The notes under the pieces are model-generated. The model saw only the letters and a program-made list of their open reading frames with translations. It ran no database searches and was not told the DNA's origin. Both the position numbers and the translations under genes were made by a program. Below, in pieces: positions 1-9,985 of a stretch of 64,000 nucleotides of DNA. Each line of letters begins with the position of its first letter. The first letter of the stretch is position 1. Source of the DNA: Pseudomonadota bacterium (GTDB taxonomy: Bacteria > Pseudomonadota > Gammaproteobacteria > Pseudomonadales > Azotimanducaceae); NCBI GenBank assembly GCA_036337195.1, contig JAYZES010000002.1:3197-67196 (forward strand). Reading direction: 5' to 3'.

Positions 1-855
1 GTCAGAAAGTTTTGCTAGTAATAAAGAACCGATCAACGCACCAAGCCCCATACCAGCTGATAAAAAGCCGAGCTCTTCAGGACCACCCGATATCACTTCT
101 TGGTTAAATGCTGGTAAGAGAAAATTGACTGCAGAACCGAAAATCGAAGGAACAAGACCTATGAAGATAAGGCCTGTGATTATTTTCTCTTTCCTTAGAA
201 ACTGAAATCCCTCGACGAAATCTTCCAGTGGTGTCTTCTTCTCATAATTAGATGTTCGTTGATATTCTAAAAATAGCGGAAAGATAGCGGAAATAAGCAT
301 AAGTATCGAAATGAGAAAGAAAACTAACCCGACCCCCTGAGCTGAAGTTGTGTCTCCCGCCGCGAAGACAGCAATCAATCCTCCAGCGAGGATAGGCCCT
401 GTGATACGAGATAGGTTGTAAGTTGCAGTCTGCAAAGCAGAGGCATTTACGACGTTATTATCACCGACCACTTCAGGTACTATAGCGAATCGAGCCGGCA
501 TACTAACTGATCCAAGAATTCCGTTAAAAATCCCAAAGAATATAAAATGCGAGAATGTAACTTCGCCAATATACGTGACATACGACAGGACGAGCGTTGC
601 CGTCGTGTTCAATAACTGGGAGATGACCATTAAGAACTTTTTATTCATTCTATCGGCAATCACCCCGCCGACGATAGAAAAAACAGCAGCAGGTAACATG
701 TAAGATATCATTACCCAAGTTAATGCCATCGGGGATGAAGTCATATCATAAATTAGCCATCCCCTTGCGATATTCAGCATTTGACTGCCAAAGGCAAGAC
801 AGACAGTAGACATCCACAGAAGTCGAAAACCTCTAATTTCTAGTGATTCAAACAA
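1..855 (-). CDS. MFS-type transporter, partial (C-terminus lies beyond the window start)
   Basis: It is absent from the ORF track because it runs off the window edge. My reverse-strand translation reads FESLEIRGFRLLWMSTVCLAFGSQMLNIARGWLIYDMTSSPMALTWVMISYMLPAAVFSIVGGVIADRMNKK..., followed by continuous hydrophobic helices to position 1. The N-terminus (RxFRLLW) is typical of MFS permeases. A TTG at 855 (alternative ATG at 813) follows an in-frame TAA. Confidence 0.6.
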   Translation of the reverse strand, partial: MFESLEIRGFRLLWMSTVCLAFGSQMLNIARGWLIYDMTSSPMALTWVMISYMLPAAVFSIVGGVIADRMNKKFLMVISQLLNTTATLVLSYVTYIGEVTFSHFIFFGIFNGILGSVSMPARFAIVPEVVGDNNVVNASALQTATYNLSRITGPILAGGLIAVFAAGDTTSAQGVGLVFFLISILMLISAIFPLFLEYQRTSNYEKKTPLEDFVEGFQFLRKEKIITGLIFIGLVPSIFGSAVNFLLPAFNQEVISGGPEELGFLSAGMGLGALIGSLLLAKLSD

Positions 856-1279
856 AACTTATTTTAGTCCAGCTGGGTACTCTGCAAGTCACTTTGCATC
901 CCCTATCCTGACGTTTCTCATAGGAGAGCTCGAATTGGCAATTAATCTCGTTCAAAAGGATGGTAGAGCTAGACCATTGATCGTAAAACTCGCAATCGAA
1001 GACTAGCCCACGATTAATCTGCCTGTCAGGTGATTATAAGTTATATGCACCTCTGTAGATACTTAATGATTTTCCAAACGTAGATTCCCCATGTAAATTA
1101 TTTTGGGAATAGACTACTGTAGTAACAGGAATGGAAAACTTGGGTATACGTAAAATCAAACCTTAGTTCGCTTGATTAGCGTCGAAGACTCCCAGATTTC
1201 TTAATGAAGTTGTTTGTCAGACCAGTAGGAATATGGCGAAATCCTACTCGCGGCTCAGTTAACTAAAGTAAGGATTTAA

Positions 1280-2065
1280 TTGAACATGGGAATCGAAAAA
1301 CACCGCTGGGGTGGAAGAAATAGTCTCAAAGATAAGTTAAGACATCAAATCTGGAGAAAACTTGAGTCCTCAGGGACTGCAATAGGTGACCCATGGAGCA
1401 AGATTCCAAACTTTGAGGGTTCAGAAGAAGCGGCTTTCAAGCTGAGTACACTTGATTTCTGGAAGGCTGCTCGGGTTGTTAAGTCAAATCCAGATCGTGC
1501 GCAAGCTTGGGTTCGCTTAAATGCATTACAAGATGGGAAGAAGGTTTACACCCCAGTCCCTGAGTTAACACGAGACTACCCATTTCTGCTGTTAGACCCT
1601 GAAATCTTGTCCAAAAGATCAGTGGCATTTGAGGAAGTCATGTATTCAGATGGTGCGTTGTTGTTCGGACAGCGAGTTGACTTTTCGGAAATGGAACCGA
1701 TGGACATTTGTGTCGTGGGCTCTGTCGCTGCCTCTTTAGCCGGCGGTAGGATGGGGAAAGGTGGAGGCTTTGCTGATCTGGAGATGGGAATATTCCGTTC
1801 TGTAGGAACCCTCTCTCGCGCATGTCCGATAGTAACAACGATAAGCGAGTTACAGATTGTTGAAAATGCCAATATCTCTCTCGAGTCACACGACACGCCT
1901 CTAGATTGGATCATCACTCCGAAGCGCGTAATTAAATCGCAAAACAAGTTACCTAGACCTGGTCCAATAGACTGGGCTTTAATACAAGAGGACCAGTTTC
2001 TTACAATTCCTTTTTTACGCAGGCTACAAGAGGAACTATCTAGAAAAGAAATTAATAAAAGCTAG
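1280..2065 (+). CDS. 5-formyltetrahydrofolate cyclo-ligase family protein (long variant)
   Basis: The 261 aa ORF carries GRMGKGGGFADLE, which resembles the GxGGGYYDR signature of the MTHFS/YgfA family. The start may be TTG 1280 or ATG 1286, with AAGGA at 1270-1274. Confidence 0.5.
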   Translation: MNMGIEKHRWGGRNSLKDKLRHQIWRKLESSGTAIGDPWSKIPNFEGSEEAAFKLSTLDFWKAARVVKSNPDRAQAWVRLNALQDGKKVYTPVPELTRDYPFLLLDPEILSKRSVAFEEVMYSDGALLFGQRVDFSEMEPMDICVVGSVAASLAGGRMGKGGGFADLEMGIFRSVGTLSRACPIVTTISELQIVENANISLESHDTPLDWIITPKRVIKSQNKLPRPGPIDWALIQEDQFLTIPFLRRLQEELSRKEINKS

Positions 2066-2066
2066 T

Positions 2067-2723
2067 CTACTTTTCCAATTTCCTAAGCCAGTAAACCAAA
2101 CCGTAGACTATCGGTGTATCAATTAAGGCAATAGCGACTTTAAATGCCCAATAACCAAGGGTCATCATAATAAAGACCTCAAAAGTGATCTTTGCAGGAG
2201 CAAATATCCAAAACGCTATGCCATTAAAAACGATCGAATCAATCAGCTGCGAAGTTATCGTACTGAGATTATTACGTAACCAAAGATGTCTTCCTTTAGT
2301 GACTCTCTTCCAGAAAGCAAAAGCCCAAACGTCATGAGATTGCGCACACAAATATGCCGATAAAGATGCCAACACAATTACAGGCACGGCTCCGAGTACA
2401 GTCTCCAGCTCCGTTTGATGGGTGTAACCGCTAGCTGGAGGTAAAATAATAGCCAACTGCGACATACCTAGAACCAGCAAATTAGCACCAAATCCTAGCC
2501 AAACTATTAATTGGGCTCGAGCCCGCCCATAAATCTCTCCAACTACATCGGTAATAGGAAAAGTTAACCAATAGGCCATAATTCCGCCTGAAATAGTCAA
2601 TCCCATAAATGTCCAAAGTTTAGCGCTAACTATATTGATGAACGCCATAGAAGCGATAAATACAGTAAGTAATACTATGAACATAAGTTCTCTTGATTTC
2701 ATCTTTGGGATTTTCCTCGTCAA
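2067..2723 (-). CDS. yhhQ: Queuosine-precursor (preQ0/preQ1) transporter, YhhQ/VUT family
   Basis: 218 aa polytopic membrane protein. The FPITDVVGEIYGRARAQ block and overall architecture match the YhhQ/DUF165 family. Confidence 0.65.
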   Translation of the reverse strand: MTRKIPKMKSRELMFIVLLTVFIASMAFINIVSAKLWTFMGLTISGGIMAYWLTFPITDVVGEIYGRARAQLIVWLGFGANLLVLGMSQLAIILPPASGYTHQTELETVLGAVPVIVLASLSAYLCAQSHDVWAFAFWKRVTKGRHLWLRNNLSTITSQLIDSIVFNGIAFWIFAPAKITFEVFIMMTLGYWAFKVAIALIDTPIVYGLVYWLRKLEK

Positions 2724-2959
2724 TAAAATTTGAACTTAGTTAGGTTCGAGGGAACTTTGTAGTAGCTTCTTGTTTAACTCATTGGTTTTGGCAAAAGACA
2801 GACTTCCTTCTCGAATCTTAGCGCGAAAATTTACCTCAGACCAAAATTGAAGTCTTTAGACCATGTTCACAGCCGGAGCGAAATTGCCCTAGCCGATTTA
2901 ACGGTGCCTCACTCGTGGAATAATCAATCGTCTTTGAACCCTTCAAGATCTTCTTGAAT

Positions 2960-3036
2960 TGGGGTGGACGATGGGGTTTGAACCCACGACCGCTGGAATC
3001 ACAATCCAGAGCTCTACCAACTGAGCTACGCCCACC
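2960..3036 (-). tRNA. tRNA-His (anticodon GTG)
   Basis: The reverse complement GGTGGGCGTAGCTCAGTTGGTAGAGCTCTGGATTGTGATTCCAGCGGTCGTGGGTTCAAACCCCATCGTCCACCCCA folds as a cloverleaf. It has the His-specific extra 5' G(-1), anticodon loop TTGTGAT and an encoded CCA. Confidence 0.92.
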
Positions 3037-3047
3037 ACTGACCTGCA

Positions 3048-3124
3048 TGGCACGCCCGGCAGGAATCGAACCTGCAACCCTCGGCTTAGAAGGCCGATGC
3101 TCTATCCGATTGAGCTACGGGCGC
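3048..3124 (-). tRNA. tRNA-Arg (anticodon TCT)
   Basis: The reverse complement GCGCCCGTAGCTCAATCGGATAGAGCATCGGCCTTCTAAGCCGAGGGTTGCAGGTTCGATTCCTGCCGGGCGTGCCA folds as a cloverleaf with anticodon loop CTTCTAA, a GTTCGATTC T-arm and an encoded CCA. Confidence 0.92.
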
Positions 3125-3136
3125 ACTTAAACAAGT

Positions 3137-3213
3137 TGGTCGGGGTAGAGAGATTTGAACTCCCGACATCCTGCTCCCAAAGCAGGCGCGCTACCAGACT
3201 GCGCTATACCCCG
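3137..3213 (-). tRNA. tRNA-Pro (anticodon TGG)
   Basis: The reverse complement CGGGGTATAGCGCAGTCTGGTAGCGCGCCTGCTTTGGGAGCAGGATGTCGGGAGTTCAAATCTCTCTACCCCGACCA folds as a cloverleaf with anticodon loop TTTGGGA and an encoded CCA. Confidence 0.92.
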
Positions 3214-3403
3214 ATACAATAACCCGAATAGAATTGCATATAATCCACACCAAGCACCAGATAATGACTGACATGGAGCCACAGCCAAAGCTTGAGAGCG
3301 CGCATTTTACTTAACCGACGACGACTACGTCAAACAGATTAAAGTGAAATAAGCTGTAATTGCGTATGCTTGATGGAGAGATAAATAACGGAGAACCTGA
3401 GTT

Positions 3404-4114
3404 TTGAGTTACATCTTTATTTCCGATTTACACTTGGACGAATCTCGTCCCGACGTCACAGAAGCTTTCTTTAGTTTTATCAAAAACGTTGCAAACAGAG
3501 CCGACGGCTTTTATATCCTTGGGGATTTATTCGAGGTCTGGGTTGGCGACGATAACGATAGCGAGTTAAGTCAAAACGTAATCTCCGAACTCAAGACACT
3601 CTCGGTACCACGATTTATTATGCACGGTAATAGAGACTTTCTTATCGGAAAGGCCTTCTGTGAGCAAACTGGATTCACGCTTTTACCTGACCCTACTCGA
3701 GTTCTCTTTTTCGATAGACCAGTATTACTTATGCATGGCGACAGCCTATGTACTCTCGATATTGAGTATATGAAGATTCGTAAGATGCTGCGTAATCACG
3801 TCTTCCAAAAAGATCTTCTGTCGAAAAGTCTCAAAGAGAGGATGGTCATAGCCTCGGGGGCAAGAGACCGAAGTAAAGCACATACGAGACAATCAAAAAT
3901 GGATATCATGGATGTCACGCAGGAAGAAGTTATTTTGGAGATGCAACAACATGAGGTCCAGCTTCTTATACATGGTCATACCCATCGACCTGACACACAT
4001 AAAGTGCCGGAGGTTTTAGGCCATCGTGCAGTTCTGGGCGACTGGGATACCAAAGGATGGTTTTTAGAACTTACCGAAGATAGCTTCAATCTTCAATCTT
4101 TCCCGATCAGTTAG
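3404..4114 (+). CDS. lpxH: UDP-2,3-diacylglucosamine diphosphatase
   Basis: Calcineurin-like metallophosphoesterase motifs lie in LpxH order: ISDLHL, GDLFEVWVGDD, HGNRDF, MHGD, HGHTHRP. TTG start with GGAGAA 8-9 nt upstream. Confidence 0.85.
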   Translation: MSYIFISDLHLDESRPDVTEAFFSFIKNVANRADGFYILGDLFEVWVGDDNDSELSQNVISELKTLSVPRFIMHGNRDFLIGKAFCEQTGFTLLPDPTRVLFFDRPVLLMHGDSLCTLDIEYMKIRKMLRNHVFQKDLLSKSLKERMVIASGARDRSKAHTRQSKMDIMDVTQEEVILEMQQHEVQLLIHGHTHRPDTHKVPEVLGHRAVLGDWDTKGWFLELTEDSFNLQSFPIS

Positions 4115-4725
4115 TCGCCTACAAAGATACCTTTTCTCTTAGGAATGCCGCTATGGAATCGGAATAGATTATCTGGAGACTGAATCAGCCTATGGTCAAT
4201 GGCTAGGAATAGGTTTAAGCGATCATCGAATTCGCTCCCCGCATAACGCTTCGCATACTCTAAATAAACCCCCGCATGCCGGGACTCTGATTTCAAGAGT
4301 GACTCATAAAAACTAGCCAATTCATCATCCAGAAATTCAATCAGCCTAGAAAAACGCTCACAACTCCTTGCTTCGATTATCGAACCAACCAGAAGAGAAT
4401 CAATCAATCTGTAAGGTTCGTTCTTCCGAATTTTTTCATGGAGTCCACTCGCATAGCGACCCGGGAGGATATGCTGGTAGGTGATACCTTTACGCTCGAC
4501 AAAGCCGAGAACTTGCTCGAAATGTCGTAGTTCTTCTCTAGCAAGCTTTGAAAGCCTTAATATTAATTCGGGTTTATCCACGTAACGATAAATCAAATTG
4601 AGGGCAGTCGAAGCAGCTTTTTTTTCACAATTGGCGTGATCAATTAGTAGCGTCGGGACTTCCTCAACTGCTTTTGTCAGCCACTCTACAGGCGTTGAAC
4701 AAAATAAAAAAGTGTTCACATTCAT
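4111..4725 (-). CDS. miaE: tRNA-(ms2io6A37)-hydroxylase, MiaE family (ferritin-like di-iron)
   Basis: 204 aa. LIDHANCEKKAASTALNLI, EELRHFEQV and SESRHAG give paired ExxH-type di-iron motifs typical of MiaE. Confidence 0.7.
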   Translation of the reverse strand: MNVNTFLFCSTPVEWLTKAVEEVPTLLIDHANCEKKAASTALNLIYRYVDKPELILRLSKLAREELRHFEQVLGFVERKGITYQHILPGRYASGLHEKIRKNEPYRLIDSLLVGSIIEARSCERFSRLIEFLDDELASFYESLLKSESRHAGVYLEYAKRYAGSEFDDRLNLFLAIDHRLIQSPDNLFRFHSGIPKRKGIFVGD

Positions 4726-4811
4726 AGTCTTACAATATCCTCACCTTAACTTTTCTATCTACATCAGGTAGACTCTCCATCCCTTTTCCAATTCTTCGTC
4801 AGGAGTTTTTC

Positions 4812-7388
4812 GTGCTTGATCGTTATCGTGAACACGCTGCAGAAAGAGAGGCACAAGGCATAGCGCCAAAACCACTCGATGACGCAGAAGTTAACAGCCT
4901 TGTAGCCCTTTTGAAGGACCCTCCAGCTGGTGAAGAAGAATTTATATTAGATTTATTTACAAATCGGGTCCCCGCAGGAGTCGACAATGCAGCCTATGTT
5001 AAGGCCGCCTTCCTTTCTGATATTGCCAAAAACAACGCCGTATCACCACTAATAAATCGAAAGCTTGCAATAGAATTACTGGGAACAATGCTGGGAGGTT
5101 ATAACATCGAACCTCTAATAGAACTGCTTGACGACGAAGAAGTAGCAGACAAGGCGGCTGAAGCTCTTTCTCAAACTCTTCTTATGTTCGATTTTAGACT
5201 TGATATCTTTGAAAAAGCGAAAACCAATAAATATGCGGCAAAGGTCTTACAATCATGGGCAAATGCAGAGTGGTTTACCAAAAGGCCACCGGTTAAGGAT
5301 AAGATCACGGTCACTGTCTTCAAGGTAGATGGGGAAACCAACACAGATGACCTATCTCCTGCTGGAGATGCATGGAGCAGGCCTGACATCCCCTTGCACG
5401 CACAATCCATGCTTGTTAAAAAAATGGATGACCCACTAGGAACAATCCAGCTTTTGAAAAAAAAGGGCTATCCATTGGCATATGTGGGAGACGTCGTTGG
5501 AACTGGATCATCACGTAAATCAGCCACAAATTCTGTACTTTGGCATATGGGGAATGACATCCCTGCCATACCCAATAAAAGAGATGGTGGTATTGTTTTG
5601 GGAGGTAAAATTGCACCTATATTTTTCAATACCATGGAAGACGCGGGGGCACTGCCAATTGAATGCGATGTTTCAAGGATGAGTATGGGCGATGTCATCA
5701 CCATTTATCCCTACGAGGGTAAAATAATCAATGCAGAAACAGGAGACGAACTCGCTAAGTTCAACCTGGCGACTGAAGTGCTTCTTGATGAAGTACAGGC
5801 AGGCGGACGTATCCCCCTGATAATTGGGCGGGGGCTTACTAATCGATCCCGGGAAGAGCTAGGATTAAAGCCCAGCGAAGTCTTTCGAAGCCCTATCCCG
5901 GCCGATGATTCTGGGAAAGGGTACACCCTCGCACAAAAAATTGTTGGAAAAGCATGTGGTTTGGAAGGTGTTAGACCCGGAACATATTGTGAACCGAAAA
6001 TGACGACAGTTGGATCTCAAGACACAACAGGGCCAATGACTCGGGATGAGTTGAAGGAACTCGCCTGCCTTGGGTTTAACGCTGATCTCGTAATGCAATC
6101 ATTTTGTCATACAGCCGCATACCCAAAACCCGTAGATATAGACACTCAACACACACTACCGGATTTCATTCAAACTAGGGGTGGAGTAGCGCTTCGTCCA
6201 GGTGATGGAATTATCCACTCCTGGTTAAACAGAATGCTTATGCCGGATACGGTAGGAACCGGAGGAGACTCTCACACACGGTTCCCGATAGGTATCAGTT
6301 TTCCAGCGGGTTCAGGGTTAGTAGCTTTCGCTGCAGCAATTGGCCAAATGCCATTGGATATGCCTGAATCAGTCCTTGTACGCTTTACGGGAGAAATGCA
6401 ACCAGGAATTACATTAAGAGACCTTGTTAACGCGATACCCTATGCTGCTATACAACGCGGGCTTCTTACTGTTGAAAAGGAAGGTAAAATAAATGTGTTT
6501 TCTGGACGCATTCTAGAAATAGAAGGATTGCCAGACCTAAAAGTAGAGCAAGCCTTTGAATTATCGGATGCCTCAGCGGAGCGCTCTGCTGGGGGATGCA
6601 CTATCCGCCTTAATGAGGAGCCAATAGTCGAATACCTTACTTCCAATGTAACACTCCTAAAATGGATGATCTCTGAGGGTTATGGAGACCCACGCACATT
6701 GGCTCGACGCGTTGCGGAAATGGAAGCGTGGTTACTAAAACCCTCTCTGCTACAACCAGACAAAAATGCAGAATACTATGAAGTAATCGAGATCGATTTG
6801 AATGAAATAAAAGAGCCTCTGGTTGCATGCCCAAATGATCCTGATGACGTAAAATCGTTATCGGAGGTAGCAGGCACCAAAATTGATGAGGTTTTTATTG
6901 GATCCTGCATGACAAACATAGGCCATTTCCGTGCGGCCGCCCAAATGCTCAGTCAAGTAGACAGTCTTCCCACGCGACTATGGATTTCACCGCCGACTAA
7001 AATGGATGAAAAACAACTCATGGAGGAAGGCGTCTATAGTACATTTGGCAAAGTTGGTGCTCGCATGGAGATGCCAGGCTGCTCGCTATGCATGGGGAAC
7101 CAAGCGAGAGTTGCTGCCGGTTCTAGTTGTGTATCAACGTCGACCCGCAATTTCCCAAATCGACTTGGCGATGGAGCTGATGTCTTCCTCGCATCTGCGG
7201 AGCTAGCAGCAATTTCTAGTGTGCTGGGCCATCTTCCTACCCCAGAGGAATATATGGCTCATGCAGGAGCCCTTGTTAAAACTACAAACAATATCTATCG
7301 ATACCTTAACTTCCATGAGGTTGCGTCATATAAGAAAATTGCAGATAAGGCCGTTATACCCTCTGTCAATATAGTAGAAGTGAATTAA
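4812..7388 (+). CDS. acnB: Aconitate hydratase 2 / 2-methylisocitrate dehydratase
   Basis: 858 aa. The AcnB-specific N-terminal HEAT-like domain ([22 protein letters not shown]) is present, together with aconitase Fe-S cluster cysteines ([16 protein letters not shown]). Confidence 0.95.
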   Translation: MLDRYREHAAEREAQGIAPKPLDDAEVNSLVALLKDPPAGEEEFILDLFTNRVPAGVDNAAYVKAAFLSDIAKNNAVSPLINRKLAIELLGTMLGGYNIEPLIELLDDEEVADKAAEALSQTLLMFDFRLDIFEKAKTNKYAAKVLQSWANAEWFTKRPPVKDKITVTVFKVDGETNTDDLSPAGDAWSRPDIPLHAQSMLVKKMDDPLGTIQLLKKKGYPLAYVGDVVGTGSSRKSATNSVLWHMGNDIPAIPNKRDGGIVLGGKIAPIFFNTMEDAGALPIECDVSRMSMGDVITIYPYEGKIINAETGDELAKFNLATEVLLDEVQAGGRIPLIIGRGLTNRSREELGLKPSEVFRSPIPADDSGKGYTLAQKIVGKACGLEGVRPGTYCEPKMTTVGSQDTTGPMTRDELKELACLGFNADLVMQSFCHTAAYPKPVDIDTQHTLPDFIQTRGGVALRPGDGIIHSWLNRMLMPDTVGTGGDSHTRFPIGISFPAGSGLVAFAAAIGQMPLDMPESVLVRFTGEMQPGITLRDLVNAIPYAAIQRGLLTVEKEGKINVFSGRILEIEGLPDLKVEQAFELSDASAERSAGGCTIRLNEEPIVEYLTSNVTLLKWMISEGYGDPRTLARRVAEMEAWLLKPSLLQPDKNAEYYEVIEIDLNEIKEPLVACPNDPDDVKSLSEVAGTKIDEVFIGSCMTNIGHFRAAAQMLSQVDSLPTRLWISPPTKMDEKQLMEEGVYSTFGKVGARMEMPGCSLCMGNQARVAAGSSCVSTSTRNFPNRLGDGADVFLASAELAAISSVLGHLPTPEEYMAHAGALVKTTNNIYRYLNFHEVASYKKIADKAVIPSVNIVEVN

Positions 7389-7413
7389 CAAAGAAAACGT
7401 TCCTTGAATATCT

Positions 7414-8916
7414 TTAGATCTGGTTCTGGAATTCAATAATGTCGGCTCCGCGCCGCCTCTTCGCGCCATCATTACGCAGTGTCTCGATACGGTTAAGGTA
7501 GGTGGCATCAACACCACCCGTTACGTATTCTCCATCGAAAACTGATGTATCGAATCGATTGATCTTCTCATTGATGCCTTGGGCGCAGGCAACTAAATCA
7601 TCGAGATCTTGATAAACCAGCCAGTCGACTCCAATATATTCGGCTATTTCTTTTTCTGTGCGATTGTTGGCTACAAATTCGTTTGCAGTAGGCATATCAA
7701 TACCATATACATTCGGATAACGAACTGTCGGTGCCGCGGATGCTAAGTAAACTTTTTTAGCACCTGCATCGCGAGCCATCTGGACCACCTGCTTTGTAGT
7801 AGTTCCCCTAATTATCGAATCATCAATAAGCAACACGTTCTTACCTCGAAATTCGAGATCAATCGCATTTAGTTTACGCCTGACAGATTTTTGTCTCTGT
7901 TCTTGTTCAGGCATGATAAAAGTTCTACCCACATAACGATTTTTTACAATACCCTCGCGATATTTAATCCCAAGTCGGTGAGCGATTGGAAGTGCCGCTG
8001 TACAACTGGTGTCCGGAATTGGGATCACCACATCAATATCATGGTTAGGATGCTCCCGTAAAATCTTATTTGCTAATTTCTCTCCCATCTTCAACCTAGC
8101 TTTATAAACTGAAACCCCATCTATCACAGAGTCTGGCCTGGCGAAGTAAACATGCTCGAAGATACAGGGACTATAGTTTGTAAATGCAGCACACTGTTGC
8201 CGATAACAACGACCATTTGATTGAATGTAGATAGCCTCTCCCGGGGCCACATCATCAATGAGTTCGAATCCTAAAATATCTAAGACAACACTTTCTGAAG
8301 CAATCATATACTCTATACCGTCGCGTGTTTCCCGCTTACCGAAGACCATAGGCCTTATTCCAAAGGGATCCCGGAAACCTACTATTCCATAGCCAGTTAT
8401 TAGAGCGACAGCTGCATAGGCACCCACTGCTCGTTCATGCACACGTTCGACAGCCTTGAAGATATCGTCTGGTGACAAGCGTAGCCCCGCAACATTCTGA
8501 AGTTCGTGGGCAAACACGTTCAGTAAAACTTCAGAGTCAGAACTAGTATTAATATGCCTTCTATCCGCACGGAATAGATCCTCGTTCAGCTTATCATCGT
8601 TAATCAAATTACCGTTGTGCGCGAGGCATATTCCAAATGGCGAATTTACATACATTGGCTGGGCTTCTGCAGAACTGGCAGTTCCCGCCGTGGGATATCT
8701 ATTATGAGCAATTCCCATGGTTCCTATCAGATGATTCATATGTTGCTGCCGAAAGACGTCTTGAACCAAACCATTGCCTTTTCGTTGATTTAAGGTATCC
8801 CCTTGGCATGTGACCATCCCTGCCGCGTCTTGACCTCGATGCTGTAAAATGGATAAAGCATCGTACAAGTCATACTGGACATTCGTACGACCTACCATCC
8901 CAACTAATCCACACAT
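7414..8916 (-). CDS. purF: Amidophosphoribosyltransferase
   Basis: 500 aa with an N-terminal MCG(L/I)VG Ntn-amidotransferase start and a PRTase motif VLLIDDSIIRGTT. Confidence 0.95.
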   Translation of the reverse strand: MCGLVGMVGRTNVQYDLYDALSILQHRGQDAAGMVTCQGDTLNQRKGNGLVQDVFRQQHMNHLIGTMGIAHNRYPTAGTASSAEAQPMYVNSPFGICLAHNGNLINDDKLNEDLFRADRRHINTSSDSEVLLNVFAHELQNVAGLRLSPDDIFKAVERVHERAVGAYAAVALITGYGIVGFRDPFGIRPMVFGKRETRDGIEYMIASESVVLDILGFELIDDVAPGEAIYIQSNGRCYRQQCAAFTNYSPCIFEHVYFARPDSVIDGVSVYKARLKMGEKLANKILREHPNHDIDVVIPIPDTSCTAALPIAHRLGIKYREGIVKNRYVGRTFIMPEQEQRQKSVRRKLNAIDLEFRGKNVLLIDDSIIRGTTTKQVVQMARDAGAKKVYLASAAPTVRYPNVYGIDMPTANEFVANNRTEKEIAEYIGVDWLVYQDLDDLVACAQGINEKINRFDTSVFDGEYVTGGVDATYLNRIETLRNDGAKRRRGADIIEFQNQI

Positions 8917-8917
8917 A

Positions 8918-9427
8918 CTAAATAACGCTTCCTTCCGTCTTTTCTAATATTTGTTCACTTTGCTCCCATAGTATAGGGCCAAGCCACTCAACCAAGTTGA
9001 CAAAATGAGGAATTAATGCCGATTCTTTCCACCACCGGTCGTTCTGCACAGGGACCAAATAATAACAAACAGCTATGAAAACCAATATAATTAGGGCTCC
9101 ACGGGCAAGTCCGAAGAATATGCCCAGGAATCTATCAAAACCTCCAAGCCCCGAAATCTTTATAACACGAGCCAACAAGCGATTAATCAGACCACCAACA
9201 AATAGTGTGCCAAAAAAAACAAAGATATAACACAAACCAACACGCAAGCTTGATATTTCAATAAAATCCGCAAGTAACGCTGACAAGTTGGGGCCAAGAA
9301 ACCTAGCCGCCACAACTGCCGCAATAAGCGTGGCTAAGGCCAAGGCTTCCTTCAGAAAACCCCTTACGATACCGACTAGTGTAGATATTGCGAAGATACC
9401 AAGTATTAGCCAATCAGTGAAAGCCAC
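8918..9427 (-). CDS. cvpA: Colicin V production protein CvpA (membrane protein)
   Basis: 169 aa four-TM protein at the conserved position between dedD and purF. Confidence 0.8.
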   Translation of the reverse strand: MAFTDWLILGIFAISTLVGIVRGFLKEALALATLIAAVVAARFLGPNLSALLADFIEISSLRVGLCYIFVFFGTLFVGGLINRLLARVIKISGLGGFDRFLGIFFGLARGALIILVFIAVCYYLVPVQNDRWWKESALIPHFVNLVEWLGPILWEQSEQILEKTEGSVI

Positions 9428-9985
9428 CTAACCACCAAGCTGAGAACTGTCATCTTCAATTCGATATCGCACAATCAGCCCTTCGATATCCATATTAGTC
9501 CTAATCTCAATACTTATTTTCTCTAAAGAGGTCTTGTCTATCATGGGCCCTACAAAAACTTTGAATCTTTGTCCTTGCCGCGTCCTACTACTAGTGATAT
9601 AACTCCTATACTCTGCCTCACGCAATAGGGTGCGCAAATTGCGAGCGTTCTTTTCTTCCTCGAAACTACCAAGCTGCAGACTCCAAGCGATTGGCAATCT
9701 ATTTCGATCAAGAGCAAAATTTGTATTTTCGGAATAGTCTGTTTGGTCAACAATTTCTATCGGTAATTTAGCCGCACTGTCCTGCTCTATCTGTTGCATA
9801 TTTTTTCTCACTTCATGGAAACTCAAGTCTCGCAGCATAATATTTGGCGGACTTGGGATATTTGCAACAAACCTCTCCCTATCCTGCGAAGAGCCATCAA
9901 AGAGCGAGGGTAATAAAACTACTGCAAAACTGGTTAGAACTACCGCTCCAATAATTCGATTTCGTAACTTGGAGTCCATTATCAC
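9428..9985 (-). CDS. dedD: SPOR-domain cell-division protein (DedD-like)
   Basis: 185 aa with an N-terminal TM anchor and a C-terminal SPOR-like domain (WSLQLGSFEEEKNARNLRTLL...RFKVFVGP). It sits at the conserved folC-dedD-cvpA-purF position. Confidence 0.6.
   Translation of the reverse strand: MIMDSKLRNRIIGAVVLTSFAVVLLPSLFDGSSQDRERFVANIPSPPNIMLRDLSFHEVRKNMQQIEQDSAAKLPIEIVDQTDYSENTNFALDRNRLPIAWSLQLGSFEEEKNARNLRTLLREAEYRSYITSSRTRQGQRFKVFVGPMIDKTSLEKISIEIRTNMDIEGLIVRYRIEDDSSQLGG

Noticed and set aside
856-1279. 6S RNA (ssrS), which I expected because ssrS lies immediately upstream of the 5-formyl-THF cyclo-ligase gene ygfA in E. coli and many gammaproteobacteria.
   Set aside because: I could not fold the region into the long closing stem, central bubble and terminal stem characteristic of 6S RNA; only short 5-7 bp local hairpins appear. 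The downstream gene is also a long divergent member of the family rather than a clear ygfA orthologue. A covariance-model scan (Rfam 6S) would be decisive.
2942-2958. A 7 bp / 3 nt-loop hairpin (TTCAAGA-TCT-TCTTGAA) immediately 3' of tRNA-His, considered as the terminator of the tRNA operon.
   Set aside because: The stem is AT-rich, the loop is very tight, and no U-tract follows on the transcribed strand. It may be a processing hairpin, but it cannot be called a terminator from sequence alone.
2836-3048. A 70 aa ORF on the minus strand.
   Set aside because: It overlaps tRNA-His entirely, and its translation (SSVGRALDCDSSGRGFKPHRPP) is the typical artefact of reading through a tRNA gene.
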